Positions 1 to 8,628 of a stretch of DNA of 64,000 nt are shown piece after piece. The stretch covers positions 64,001-128,000 of the forward strand of contig JAVKHQ010000001.1 of NCBI GenBank assembly GCA_031459875.1. The letters are read 5' to 3'. The stretch comes from Candidatus Fervidifonticultor sextus. Its GTDB lineage: Bacteria; Sysuimicrobiota; Sysuimicrobiia; Sysuimicrobiales; Humicultoraceae. A program made the position numbers and the translations under genes. The notes beneath the pieces are model-generated. The model was not told the DNA's origin. It was given only the letters and a program-made list of their open reading frames with translations, and did not search any database. Each line of letters begins with the position of its first letter. The first letter of the stretch is position 1.

Positions 1-6
1 GCCTCC

Positions 7-300
7 TTACGTCCTTCCCTGCGCCTGCCCTGCCCGGCTCGCCACGGCCGCCCGCAGGTCGGCGGCCGTCGGCTCCGGGATGGGGACCTCGAGCGCGTGC
101 TGGAGGCGTCCCTCGCGCACCGCGATCTCGGCACAGTCGCCGGACGGGCAGACGTAGGCACCGCGGCCGGAGACCTTCCCGGTCGGATCGACGCGCACCT
201 CCCCCCCCGGCGTGCGGACCACGCGGATCAACTCGCGCTTGGGTCGCATCTGGCGGCACGCCACGCACTGGCGCTGCGGAATGTGACGGACCTTCGGCAT
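7..300 (-). CDS. ylxR: YlxR/RnpM (DUF448) RNA-binding protein
   Basis: PQRQCVACR and GRGAYVC motifs; directly downstream of nusA. Confidence 0.92.
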   Translation of the reverse strand: MPKVRHIPQRQCVACRQMRPKRELIRVVRTPGGEVRVDPTGKVSGRGAYVCPSGDCAEIAVREGRLQHALEVPIPEPTAADLRAAVASRAGQAQGRT

Positions 301-316
301 GGTCCTCCGATGGTGG

Positions 317-1498
317 CTAGGCCGGCTGCTCCTCCGCGGCAGGCCTCGACACCGCGGGCTCGGCCTGCGCGGCCTCGGGCTTCGCGATCCTGGGGCTCGC
401 CGCGTCGGCCGGCGCCGCTTCCTCTTCAGGGAGGTCGATGAAGATCTTCTGGGCCTCGATCTCCCTGATCTGCGTCTCGCTCTTGATGTCGATACGCCAG
501 CCGGTCAACTTGGCGGCCAGGCGGGCGTTCTGTCCCTCGCGCCCGATCGCCAGGGAGAGCTGGTGGTCCGGCACCACGACCAGCGCGGTCTTGGTCGCCT
601 CGTCGATCTCCACCCGGACGACCTTCGCCGGCGAGAGCGCGGCCGCGGCAAACTGGGCGACGTCCGGACTCCAGGCCACGATATCGATCTTCTCGCCGCG
701 CAGTTCGTCCACGATCGCCTGCACCCGCGCCCCCTTGGGGCCCACGCAGGCGCCCACGGCGTCCACGTTGCGGTCGCGCGAGGCCACCGCGATCTTGCTC
801 CGGGTGCCCGCCTCGCGGGCGATGGCCTTGATCTCCACGATCCCCTCGTAGACCTCGGGGACCTCGATCTCGAACAGGCGCTTGAGCAGCCCGGGGTGCG
901 TCCGCGAGACGACGATCTGCGGGCCGCGGGTGCCCTGCCGGACCTCGACGACGTAGGCTTTGACCCGCTCCCCCTGCCGGTACGATTCCCTGGGGATCTG
1001 CTCGGGAGGCGGCAGGACGGCCTCGATGCGGCCCAGGTCGAGGTAGACGTTCTTCCGCTCGATGCGCTGCACGACGCCGGTCACGATGTCGCCCTCGCGG
1101 TCGCGGAACTCCTTGTAGACCAGTTCCCGCTCGGCCTCGCGCAGCCGCTGGACGACCACCTGCTTGGCCGTCTGAGCCGCGATCCGGCCGAAGTCCTTGG
1201 GCGTGACCTCGACCTCCACCATCTCGCCCACCTGCGCGGTGGGGTCCCACTCGCGGACCTGGGCCAGCGCGATCTGCAATGTGGGGTCCTCCACCTCCTC
1301 GACGACCGTGCGGACCTGGTAGGCCCGCATCTCGCCCGTGGTGCGGTCCATCTCGATCCGCATGTTCTGAGCGGTGGCGCCGAAGTTCTTCTTGTAGGCC
1401 GACAGCAGGGCCGCCTCGATGGCCTCGATGATGACGTCCTTGCTGATGCCCTTCTCCTCTTCGATCTGCTCCAGCGCCCGCAGCAGCTCCAGATTCAC
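317..1498 (-). CDS. nusA: Transcription termination/antitermination factor NusA
   Basis: FGRIAAQTAKQ, S1 and KH motifs (AREAG.RSKIAV, GACVG, LSLAIGREGQNARLA). Confidence 0.98.
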   Translation of the reverse strand: MNLELLRALEQIEEEKGISKDVIIEAIEAALLSAYKKNFGATAQNMRIEMDRTTGEMRAYQVRTVVEEVEDPTLQIALAQVREWDPTAQVGEMVEVEVTPKDFGRIAAQTAKQVVVQRLREAERELVYKEFRDREGDIVTGVVQRIERKNVYLDLGRIEAVLPPPEQIPRESYRQGERVKAYVVEVRQGTRGPQIVVSRTHPGLLKRLFEIEVPEVYEGIVEIKAIAREAGTRSKIAVASRDRNVDAVGACVGPKGARVQAIVDELRGEKIDIVAWSPDVAQFAAAALSPAKVVRVEIDEATKTALVVVPDHQLSLAIGREGQNARLAAKLTGWRIDIKSETQIREIEAQKIFIDLPEEEAAPADAASPRIAKPEAAQAEPAVSRPAAEEQPA

Positions 1499-1502
1499 GG
1501 GT

Positions 1503-2012
1503 TCACGCGCCCCCCTTGAGGAAGTCCTCCCGCAGGTCGTCCATGTCTACCGCCAGGTGCGCCCGGGCGACGTCGGCCAGCGGCAGGTGGACGGCCTGCC
1601 CCTCGACCTCCAGCACGACCCGATCCTGCTCCAGTCCCAGCAGCCGGCCCTTCCACCGCCGGCGGCCGCGGACGGGCCGGTGCGTGGTCACCTCCACCTT
1701 GCGGCCGGCGAACCGGCGGTAGTCGGCCTCGCTGCGCAGCGGCCGATCCAGGCCCGGCGAGGCCACCTCCAGCGTGTAGGCATGCGGGATGGGGTCGTGG
1801 AGGTCCAGCGCCCGGCCGAGTTCCTCCGCGACCAGCGCGCAGTCATCCACGCTGACCCCGACCTCGCGATCCGGGTACTCCACGCTGACCCTCACGATCG
1901 TCCGTCGTCCCTCGCCGAGCACGTCCAGTCCGGCCAGGGCCAGCCCGTGCCGTTGCGCCACGGCATCGGCCAGGTGCTCGACCTGGCCGGCCCACACGGG
2001 TCGCCTGGTCAC
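1503..2012 (-). CDS. rimP: Ribosome maturation factor RimP
   Basis: VSVDDC and YTLEVASPGLDRPL motifs; upstream of nusA. Confidence 0.96.
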   Translation of the reverse strand: MTRRPVWAGQVEHLADAVAQRHGLALAGLDVLGEGRRTIVRVSVEYPDREVGVSVDDCALVAEELGRALDLHDPIPHAYTLEVASPGLDRPLRSEADYRRFAGRKVEVTTHRPVRGRRRWKGRLLGLEQDRVVLEVEGQAVHLPLADVARAHLAVDMDDLREDFLKGGA

Positions 2013-2035
2013 GGCCTGCCACCTCCCGCCGCCAT

Positions 2036-2065
2036 AAAAAACGAGCGGGCCAACACACCCACTCG
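2036..2065 (-). terminator. rimP-leader-type terminator/attenuator hairpin
   Basis: Minus strand CGAGTGGG-tgtgttgg-CCCGCTCG followed by T6, between the predicted promoter and the rimP start. Confidence 0.8.
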
Positions 2066-2122
2066 CGTCACCGCATCGGCCGACGGAACGCCGGCCGCGT
2101 TCTGCAGCGGTCTACCGGTGTG

Positions 2123-2152
2123 ATGCTACCACATGGCGCCTCAGGCAGGCAA
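2123..2152 (-). promoter_or_regulatory. Putative sigma70 promoter of the rimP-nusA operon
   Basis: TTGCCT-18 nt-TAGCAT with TG extended -10. Confidence 0.55.
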
Positions 2153-2158
2153 GTCTTT

Positions 2159-3475
2159 CTATGGATACAGCCGGTTCAGCAGCCGCGGGAACGGGATCGT
2201 CTCGCGCACGTGCTCCAGGCCGCAGATCCACGCCACCGTCCGCTCGATGCCAACCCCGAATCCGGAGTGCGGCACCGAGCCGTAGCGGCGCAGGTCCACA
2301 TACCACCGGTACGCCTCGGGCGGCAGGCGGTGCTCGGCGATCCGCTGTTCCAGCAGCGCCCGGTCGTGGATGCGCTGGCCGCCGCCGATGATCTCGCCGT
2401 AGCCTTCAGAAGCCAGCAGGTCGGCGCCCAGGACGACCTCGGGCCGCCGGGGATCCGGCTGCATGTAGAAGGCCTTGCACTGCGCCGGATAGCGGTGGAT
2501 GAAGACCGGCCGGTCGAAGTGCGTGCTCAGCGCGGTCTCCTCGTCCCCGCCCAGGTCCTCCCCCCAGGCCACGGACATCCCCTTGTCGGCCAGGAGGTGC
2601 AGCGCCTCGTCGTAGGAGATCCGGGGGAAGGGCGGGACAGCCCGCTCCAGCGGTCCGATGTCCCGCTCCAGGGTCTCTAACTCGTTGCGGCAGCGGTCCA
2701 GCACCCGGGCCACGACCGCGGCCACGAAGTCCTCAGCCAGCGCCATGCACTCGTCCAGCTCCATGAACGCGGCCTCGGGCTCCAGCATCCAGAATTCGAT
2801 GAGGTGGCGACGGGTCTTGCTCTTCTCGGCGCGGAAGGTGGGACCGAAGCAGTAGACCCGGCCAAACGCCATGGCTGCCGCCTCGTTGTAGAGCTGGCCC
2901 GACTGCGTCAGGTAGGCGGTCCCCAGGTCGAAGTACTGGGTGGCAAACAGGGTGGTCGTCCCCTCGGCCGCCGCCGGGGTCAGGATCGGCGCGTCCACGC
3001 GCAGGTAGCCGTGACCGTCCAGGTAGTCGGTCATGGCGCGGATGATCTCGGCGCGCACCCGCATGATGGCGTGCTGCCGACTGCTGCGCAGCCAGAGGTG
3101 CCGGTGGTCCATGAGGAACTCGACCCCGTGCTTTTTGGGCGTGATGGGATAAGGCTCGGCCTGGTGGAGCACGCGCATCGAGGTCACCGCCACCTCGACC
3201 CCGCCCGGCGCGCGGGGATCCGCCCGCACCGTCCCGGTGAGGACCAGGCTGCTCTCCTGGGGCAGGTGGTCGGCCTGCACGAACGTCTCCTCGGACACGT
3301 CCTGCCGGGACATGACGGCCTGGACCACGCCCGTGCCGTCGCGCACCAGCAGGAAGTGGATCTTGCCGCTGCTGCGGCGGTTGGACAGCCAGCCCCGGAG
3401 TTCCACCGTCTTCCCGAGGTGTCCGGACAGCGCCTCGATCTCAACCCGCAGCGCGGCCTGCTGCCTCTGGCTCAC
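2159..3475 (-). CDS. asnS: Asparagine--tRNA ligase
   Basis: OB-fold [48 protein letters not shown]. Confidence 0.96.
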   Translation of the reverse strand: MSQRQQAALRVEIEALSGHLGKTVELRGWLSNRRSSGKIHFLLVRDGTGVVQAVMSRQDVSEETFVQADHLPQESSLVLTGTVRADPRAPGGVEVAVTSMRVLHQAEPYPITPKKHGVEFLMDHRHLWLRSSRQHAIMRVRAEIIRAMTDYLDGHGYLRVDAPILTPAAAEGTTTLFATQYFDLGTAYLTQSGQLYNEAAAMAFGRVYCFGPTFRAEKSKTRRHLIEFWMLEPEAAFMELDECMALAEDFVAAVVARVLDRCRNELETLERDIGPLERAVPPFPRISYDEALHLLADKGMSVAWGEDLGGDEETALSTHFDRPVFIHRYPAQCKAFYMQPDPRRPEVVLGADLLASEGYGEIIGGGQRIHDRALLEQRIAEHRLPPEAYRWYVDLRRYGSVPHSGFGVGIERTVAWICGLEHVRETIPFPRLLNRLYP

Positions 3476-3543
3476 GCCCTCACCTTCCTCGCACGACAGG
3501 AAGCGCGGTCGGCCCGTGGAATCTCCACAGAGGACCTGTACCG

Positions 3544-4188
3544 ATGCGCGAACCCCCCATCCTGCTGATCTTCGACTTCGACAACACCCTGATCGATTCC
3601 CGGATCGACTTCGCGCACCTCCGCGGCGCCCTCATCGACCTGCTGGAGGCCGCGGGTCCCCTGCCAGGCCCGCGGGAAGCGCTGATGCGCCTGCCGATCC
3701 GCGACCTGCTGGAGCAGGCCGCGGGTTCCCCGGACCTCACCCGGGCCATGTGGGCGACCATCGAGGCCTTCGAGGCCGTCGGGCTGCAGGACGCCCAGGC
3801 CATGCCACACGCCAGGGCGGTGCTGGCGGCCCTCGCCGCCCGCGGCCTGCGACTGGCGCTCCTCACCAACAACGCCGGACCTGCCACCGCGGCGCTGCTG
3901 GACCGCCTGGGACTGGCGTCGGCGTTCGACCTCACGGTCAGCCGCGACGACGTCCCGGCGTTGAAGCCGGATCCATCGGGCATCCGCCTGATCCTCGAGC
4001 GCCTGGGCCCGGCGCGCGCAGTCTACCTGATCGGCGACTCGTGGATCGACGGCCTGGCCGCGCAGGCGGCCGGGGTCCGTTTCGTGGGCTTCGGCGGCCG
4101 CCGCGCCGAGGTGGAAGCCAGGGGCATCCGACCCTGGGCGTGGGTCACCGACCTGCGCGAACTGCTCGACCTCGACTGGGCCGTTTGA
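3544..4188 (+). CDS. HAD-family hydrolase/phosphatase
   Basis: FDFDNTL motif I, LTN, KPDP, IGDSWID. Confidence 0.9.
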   Translation: MREPPILLIFDFDNTLIDSRIDFAHLRGALIDLLEAAGPLPGPREALMRLPIRDLLEQAAGSPDLTRAMWATIEAFEAVGLQDAQAMPHARAVLAALAARGLRLALLTNNAGPATAALLDRLGLASAFDLTVSRDDVPALKPDPSGIRLILERLGPARAVYLIGDSWIDGLAAQAAGVRFVGFGGRRAEVEARGIRPWAWVTDLRELLDLDWAV

Positions 4189-4224
4189 GCCGCCCGATCC
4201 CGGGCCGGCCGGCGACCGGCCACC

Positions 4225-4722
4225 CTACCAGAGGTGCGAGAACTTCGCCGCGAACCGGCGCTCCAGTTCCTCCCGGTGGAGGTGGTAGACCGGACACTCG
4301 CGCAACATGCAGACGTGCAGCGCCTGGTTGCAGAAGGCGTCGGGAACCTCCCAGCACGCAGGGTTGACGTAGTACGCGGCGCACACCCCCCTGCGCGGGT
4401 GGACGCCGGAGACATCCAGGGGCACGCCTGGCAGCGCGGGGGCCGCCGGCTTCGGGGCAGGAGCCGCCGGCGCAGGAGGCGGGAGGGGTGCCGCGATCGG
4501 GCCGGCGGCGGGGTGGGCCGGCGGCACCACGGCCGCCGGCTGCGGGACCGCCGCCCGGTTTGCCGGATCGCGGATCAGCCGCAGGATGGGCCGGTCCGCG
4601 CGCTCGTCAGCCTCGGCCCCGGAGGGCTCGGCGCCCTGGCCGGCGAGCGCTTCCATCTCCTGCGAGGCCGTCTCGATCAGATGCCTAACGCCGCGCCGCA
4701 GCTCCTCGCGCGCCTTTGGCAT
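4225..4722 (-). CDS. Hypothetical ParA partner: basic N-peptide, Pro-rich linker, Cys-rich C-terminal domain
   Basis: Start overlaps the parA 3' end; C-terminus CAAYYVNPACWEVPDAFCNQALHVCMLRECPVY. Confidence 0.7.
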   Translation of the reverse strand: MPKAREELRRGVRHLIETASQEMEALAGQGAEPSGAEADERADRPILRLIRDPANRAAVPQPAAVVPPAHPAAGPIAAPLPPPAPAAPAPKPAAPALPGVPLDVSGVHPRRGVCAAYYVNPACWEVPDAFCNQALHVCMLRECPVYHLHREELERRFAAKFSHLW

Positions 4723-5500
4723 GGGCGATCACCTCTTGGGCCAGGCTGGCGTACTCTTTGGCGCCCCGCGAGTCGGGATTGGTGACGAACAGCGGCACGC
4801 CCTTCATCGACGACTCCACCAGCTTGATGTTGAAGTGGATCGTCGTCTGGAAGACCTTTTGGGGGAAGAAGTCGTGGATGCCTCCCACGATCTCCTTGCT
4901 GATCGTGGTCCGCGAGTCGTACATCGTCGGCAGGACCCCCAGGATCTCGACCTCGTGACCGACCTCCTCCCGCACCATCTTCAGGGTCTTGAGCAGCTGG
5001 CGCATCCCGAGCAGCGCGTAGTAGTGGGTCTGGATCGGAATGATGATGGCCTCGCACGCCACCAGCGCGTTGAGGGTCAGCAGGCCCAGCGACGGGGGGG
5101 TGTCGATGAGGATGAACTCGTAGCGTTCCCGGACGCCGCCCAGGCGCCGTCGCAGCGAGTTCTCGCGGCCGATGCGCGCGGCCAGTTCCAGTTCCGCCGC
5201 GGCCAGGTCGATGGAGGACGGAGCCACGTCCAGCCGCTTGACCGTCGTCGGGCGGATGATCGCCTCCAGGGGCAGGCCTTCCTCGTGATCGGAGCCGACG
5301 AGGACGTGGTAGATTGTACGCTCCAGCGTCGCCGGGTCGATCCCGACGCTGACCGTGGCGTTCGCCTGCGGGTCCAGGTCGATCAGCAGGGTGGCGTGCC
5401 CCGCCGCAGCGAGGGAGGCGCTGAGGTTGACGGCCGTCGTGGTCTTGCCGCAGCCGCCTTTCTGGTTGACGAGTCCGATGACCAGCGCCTGACCGCTCAC
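4685..5500 (-). CDS. ParA/Soj-family ATPase (orphan, no parB)
   Basis: Deviant Walker A NQKGGCGKTTT, DLDPQANAT, IDTPPSLG; GTG start at 5500 with GGGGAG RBS (track ORF starts 5638). Confidence 0.93.
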   Translation of the reverse strand: MSGQALVIGLVNQKGGCGKTTTAVNLSASLAAAGHATLLIDLDPQANATVSVGIDPATLERTIYHVLVGSDHEEGLPLEAIIRPTTVKRLDVAPSSIDLAAAELELAARIGRENSLRRRLGGVRERYEFILIDTPPSLGLLTLNALVACEAIIIPIQTHYYALLGMRQLLKTLKMVREEVGHEVEILGVLPTMYDSRTTISKEIVGGIHDFFPQKVFQTTIHFNIKLVESSMKGVPLFVTNPDSRGAKEYASLAQEVIAHAKGARGAAARR

Positions 5501-5589
5501 AGCACTCCCCCAGACACACGCCTGGAGGGGCGGGTGTCCCGCGTTCCCCTCGCAGTTCGACCCCGTCGGAACAATATCCTGTTGGGGGT

Positions 5590-5619
5590 TTGCACCCCCC
5601 TGCGCGCGTGGACCATAAT
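5590..5619 (+). promoter_or_regulatory. Putative sigma70 promoter of the FBP aldolase/phosphatase gene
   Basis: TTGCAC-18 nt-CATAAT. Confidence 0.5.
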
Positions 5620-5664
5620 GAGGAGGAGGGTACGACACCGCGGGTCTACTCGGGGGTGAAGGGG

Positions 5665-6786
5665 ATGCGGGTCACCGTGAGTGTCATCAAGGCCGACATC
5701 GGCAGCGTCGGCGGTCACACCCTGCCAAGTCCTGAAGTGCTCGGTCTGGTCCGGGAGCGCGTCGCCGAAGCCTGCGGGCGCCTCCTCCTCGACGGCCACG
5801 TCTGCCACACCGGCGACGACATCTGCCTCATCATGACCCACACCCACGGCGTGGGGCACGGCCCGGTGCACCAGCTGGCCTGGGAGGCGTTCCGGGCCGG
5901 GACCGAGGTCGCCACACGCCAGGGGCTCTACGGCGCCGGACAGGACCTGCTCAAGGACGCGTTCTCCGGCAACGTGCGGGGCCTGGGTCCGGCCTCGGCG
6001 GAGATGGAGTTCGAGGAGCGGCCCAATGAGGCGCTGATCATCCTGGCGGCCGACAAGACCGAACCCGGCGCGTTCAACCTCCCCCTCTACCTGGTCTTCG
6101 CCGATCCCATGTACTCGCCCGGCCTGTTGCTCTCCGAACCCCTGCACAGCGGGTTCCGGTTTCGAATCATGGACGTGGACCACACCGCGGGAGACCGGAC
6201 CATCACCCTGGATGCCCCCGAGCGCCTCTACGACATCGCCGCGCTGCTCCGGGACACCCACCGGTTCGTGGTGGAGTCCATCTGGTCGCGGCGCTATCCC
6301 GACGAGCAGGCCGCCGCGGTGTCCACGAGCCGGCTGCGCAACATCGCGGGCAAGTACGTGGGCAAGGACGATCCGGTGGCCGTCGTGCGGGTCCAGAAGA
6401 TCTTCCCGGCCACCGAGGAGTTCGGGCCGGCATTCGCCCTGGGCCAGTTCGTCGCCGGGGATACCCGCGGCAGCCACCACCTGCCGCTGATGCCGGTGCC
6501 GATCAACACGCCGGCGTCCACCTACTTCTGCTGCCCCATGGTCTCGGCGCTGGGGATCTCGATGCACGACGGCCGGCTAGCGGCGTTCACCGACCTGTTC
6601 GGGGATCCCTTCTGGCACCGCGTGCGGGACCGGGTCGCCGACAAGGCGATGGAGATGCGCAAGCAGGGGTTCTTCGGCCCCGCGATGCTGCCCATGTCGG
6701 AACTGGAGTACGGCGGCATCGTCGCGCGGCTGGAGAAGCTGGAACGCGAGTTCACCGTGGCCAAGGTGCCGGTCGAGACCGGCTAG
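5665..6786 (+). CDS. fbp: Bifunctional fructose-1,6-bisphosphate aldolase/phosphatase (class V FBPase)
   Basis: SVIKADIGSVGGH, GLYGAGQDLL.DAFSGN, DKTEPGAFN, GKYVGKDDP, ELEY; ATG at 5665. Confidence 0.95.
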   Translation: MRVTVSVIKADIGSVGGHTLPSPEVLGLVRERVAEACGRLLLDGHVCHTGDDICLIMTHTHGVGHGPVHQLAWEAFRAGTEVATRQGLYGAGQDLLKDAFSGNVRGLGPASAEMEFEERPNEALIILAADKTEPGAFNLPLYLVFADPMYSPGLLLSEPLHSGFRFRIMDVDHTAGDRTITLDAPERLYDIAALLRDTHRFVVESIWSRRYPDEQAAAVSTSRLRNIAGKYVGKDDPVAVVRVQKIFPATEEFGPAFALGQFVAGDTRGSHHLPLMPVPINTPASTYFCCPMVSALGISMHDGRLAAFTDLFGDPFWHRVRDRVADKAMEMRKQGFFGPAMLPMSELEYGGIVARLEKLEREFTVAKVPVETG

Positions 6787-6813
6787 ACGGCGTGCGGTCC
6801 GCTCCGCGGCCCC

Positions 6814-6960
6814 TCAGTGGCCGCCGGAGTCGGGCTCCTTGAGGATGGCGCGATCGACGAACCGAATCAGCCCGGGCAGGAGCGCCGGCAGCAGGGCTCC
6901 GATGATGATCATGGTCCCCAGCGCCCAGAGGACCAGCAGAACCGCCTGCCGTTCCGACAT
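6814..6960 (-). CDS. Small single-TM membrane protein (48 aa)
   Basis: ATG 6960 preceded by GAGGAGG 5 nt upstream, just after the cca stop; MSERQAVLLVLWALGTMIIIGALLPALLPGLIRFVDRAILKEPDSGGH. Confidence 0.7.
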   Translation of the reverse strand: MSERQAVLLVLWALGTMIIIGALLPALLPGLIRFVDRAILKEPDSGGH

Positions 6961-6970
6961 CCCGACCTCC

Positions 6971-8203
6971 TCACCCCGGATCTGACCGGAGTCGGTCTGA
7001 CCCTTCTGCGGGGGGCGGAGGCGCTCCTGCCGGCCATCGGGCCAGCACCCACGCCCGGGCCTCATCGCGGGTGACGATCTCTCCCCGGGCCCGTGCCTCC
7101 TCCACGGCCTCCAGGATCGCCGAGAACCCGGGACCGGGTCGGTACCCCAGCGCCACGAGGTCGTCCCCTGACAGCAGCCCGAGCGCCGGGCGGCGGGCGT
7201 CGGGCCGCGCGGCCAGGGCTTCGGCCGCGCGCCGGTAGGCCGCCAGGTCACCGCCTCGGACTGTCGTCTCGACGCGGTAGAGTTCCACGAGATCGGCGGG
7301 GTCGACGCGGTCCAGCAGGCTCTTGAGCGCGCCGGCGCGCATCGTGGGGATCTCGGGCACGCGACCGTAGCCCGCGACCAGTCCGGCCACAGCCCGGACT
7401 TCCACGTTGGAGAACCGTAGACGGCGGCAGATCGCCGCGGCGCGCTCCGCTGAGCCGACTGGCAGGAGCAGGGCTGCCACCGCGAGCGCCGGCGACGGCC
7501 GTGTGAGGCGGTGGAGCGTCCGGCACGCCCGCGCCACCACCTCCGGGTCGGCCACTTCCGGCAGCACCGCGGCCAGCAGCCCGGTTTGCTGCAGCACACG
7601 CACCCCCTCGGCGCGGCCGGGAGCCACCAGCAGGCGGACCAGTTCGTCGCGGATGCGCTCCCGGCTCACCGAGGTCACGGTCTGGGCCAGCGCGCCCAGC
7701 GCCTGCAGCGTGCCCTCCTCGATCGAAAAGCCCAGTTCGGCCGCCAGGCGGACCGCCCGCAGCAGGCGCAGGCGGTCCTCGGTGAACCGGACCGTCGGAT
7801 CGCCGACGGTTCGGATGACCCCGCGCTGCAGGTCAGGGAGGCCGCCCACGTGGTCGATCACCTCGTCGGCGGCAGGATCGTAGAGCAGCGCGTTGATCGT
7901 GAAGTCCCGGCGCCAGACATCGGAGGCGGCATCGGCGGACGCCACAGACGCGGGCCGGCGGCCGTCGAGGTAGGGGCCTTCGGTGCGGAATGTGGCCACC
8001 TGATAGGGATGGCCGTCGGCGACCACCGCGACCACCCCGAACGCCGCCCCGACCGGCACGGTCCGATCGAAGCACGAGGCCACCACCTCGGGAGGCGCTG
8101 CCGTCACGATGTCGAGGTCGGCAGGAATCCGGCCGAGGAGCAGGTCGCGGACCACCCCGCCGACCAGGTAGGTCTCCCAGCCGGCCTCACGCAGGCGGGC
8201 CAC
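6971..8203 (-). CDS. cca: Class II tRNA nucleotidyltransferase (CCA-adding family); true start probably upstream
   Basis: LVGGVVRD..LG, DLDI, RRDFTINAL, FTEDRLRLLRA, SRERIRDEL. Confidence 0.9.
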   Translation of the reverse strand: MARLREAGWETYLVGGVVRDLLLGRIPADLDIVTAAPPEVVASCFDRTVPVGAAFGVVAVVADGHPYQVATFRTEGPYLDGRRPASVASADAASDVWRRDFTINALLYDPAADEVIDHVGGLPDLQRGVIRTVGDPTVRFTEDRLRLLRAVRLAAELGFSIEEGTLQALGALAQTVTSVSRERIRDELVRLLVAPGRAEGVRVLQQTGLLAAVLPEVADPEVVARACRTLHRLTRPSPALAVAALLLPVGSAERAAAICRRLRFSNVEVRAVAGLVAGYGRVPEIPTMRAGALKSLLDRVDPADLVELYRVETTVRGGDLAAYRRAAEALAARPDARRPALGLLSGDDLVALGYRPGPGFSAILEAVEEARARGEIVTRDEARAWVLARWPAGAPPPPAEGSDRLRSDPG

Positions 8204-8298
8204 GATCGCCAGACCGGGCCGCAGCCGCGCCGGCAGGCGTCGCGCCAGCGCGTCTTGGGAGCCCGCAGGCCCCTTGCCGGCAGGAACCGGGGGTGAGT

Positions 8299-8628
8299 CT
8301 ATGCTTCCGGACGCTCCTCGGCCTGGCGGCGCAGTTCCCGGGCTTTCTCCTCCAGGGCCTCGCGGCCGCGCTCCACCATCTCGCGCAGGCGCGCGGCGCT
8401 CTCGTCCAGCCTGGACCGGCCGCGCTGGGTCAGCTCCTCAGCAGTGTCGCGCACCCTGCGGACGACCTCATCGGCGCGCTGGCGCGCCCGGTCGCGGAGT
8501 TCCTCGGCTTCGCGGGCCAGGCGGTCGCGGGTCTCCTCGCCGGAGTGCGGCGCGAATAGCAGCGCGATCGCCGTGCCCAGCAGGCCGCCGATGATGAACC
8601 CGGCGATGAAGTCAGTGCGGTTGCTCAT
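8299..8628 (-). CDS. YtxH-domain protein
   Basis: FIAGFIIGGLLG.AIALLFAP.SGEETR followed by a coiled coil. Confidence 0.9.
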   Translation of the reverse strand: MSNRTDFIAGFIIGGLLGTAIALLFAPHSGEETRDRLAREAEELRDRARQRADEVVRRVRDTAEELTQRGRSRLDESAARLREMVERGREALEEKARELRRQAEERPEA

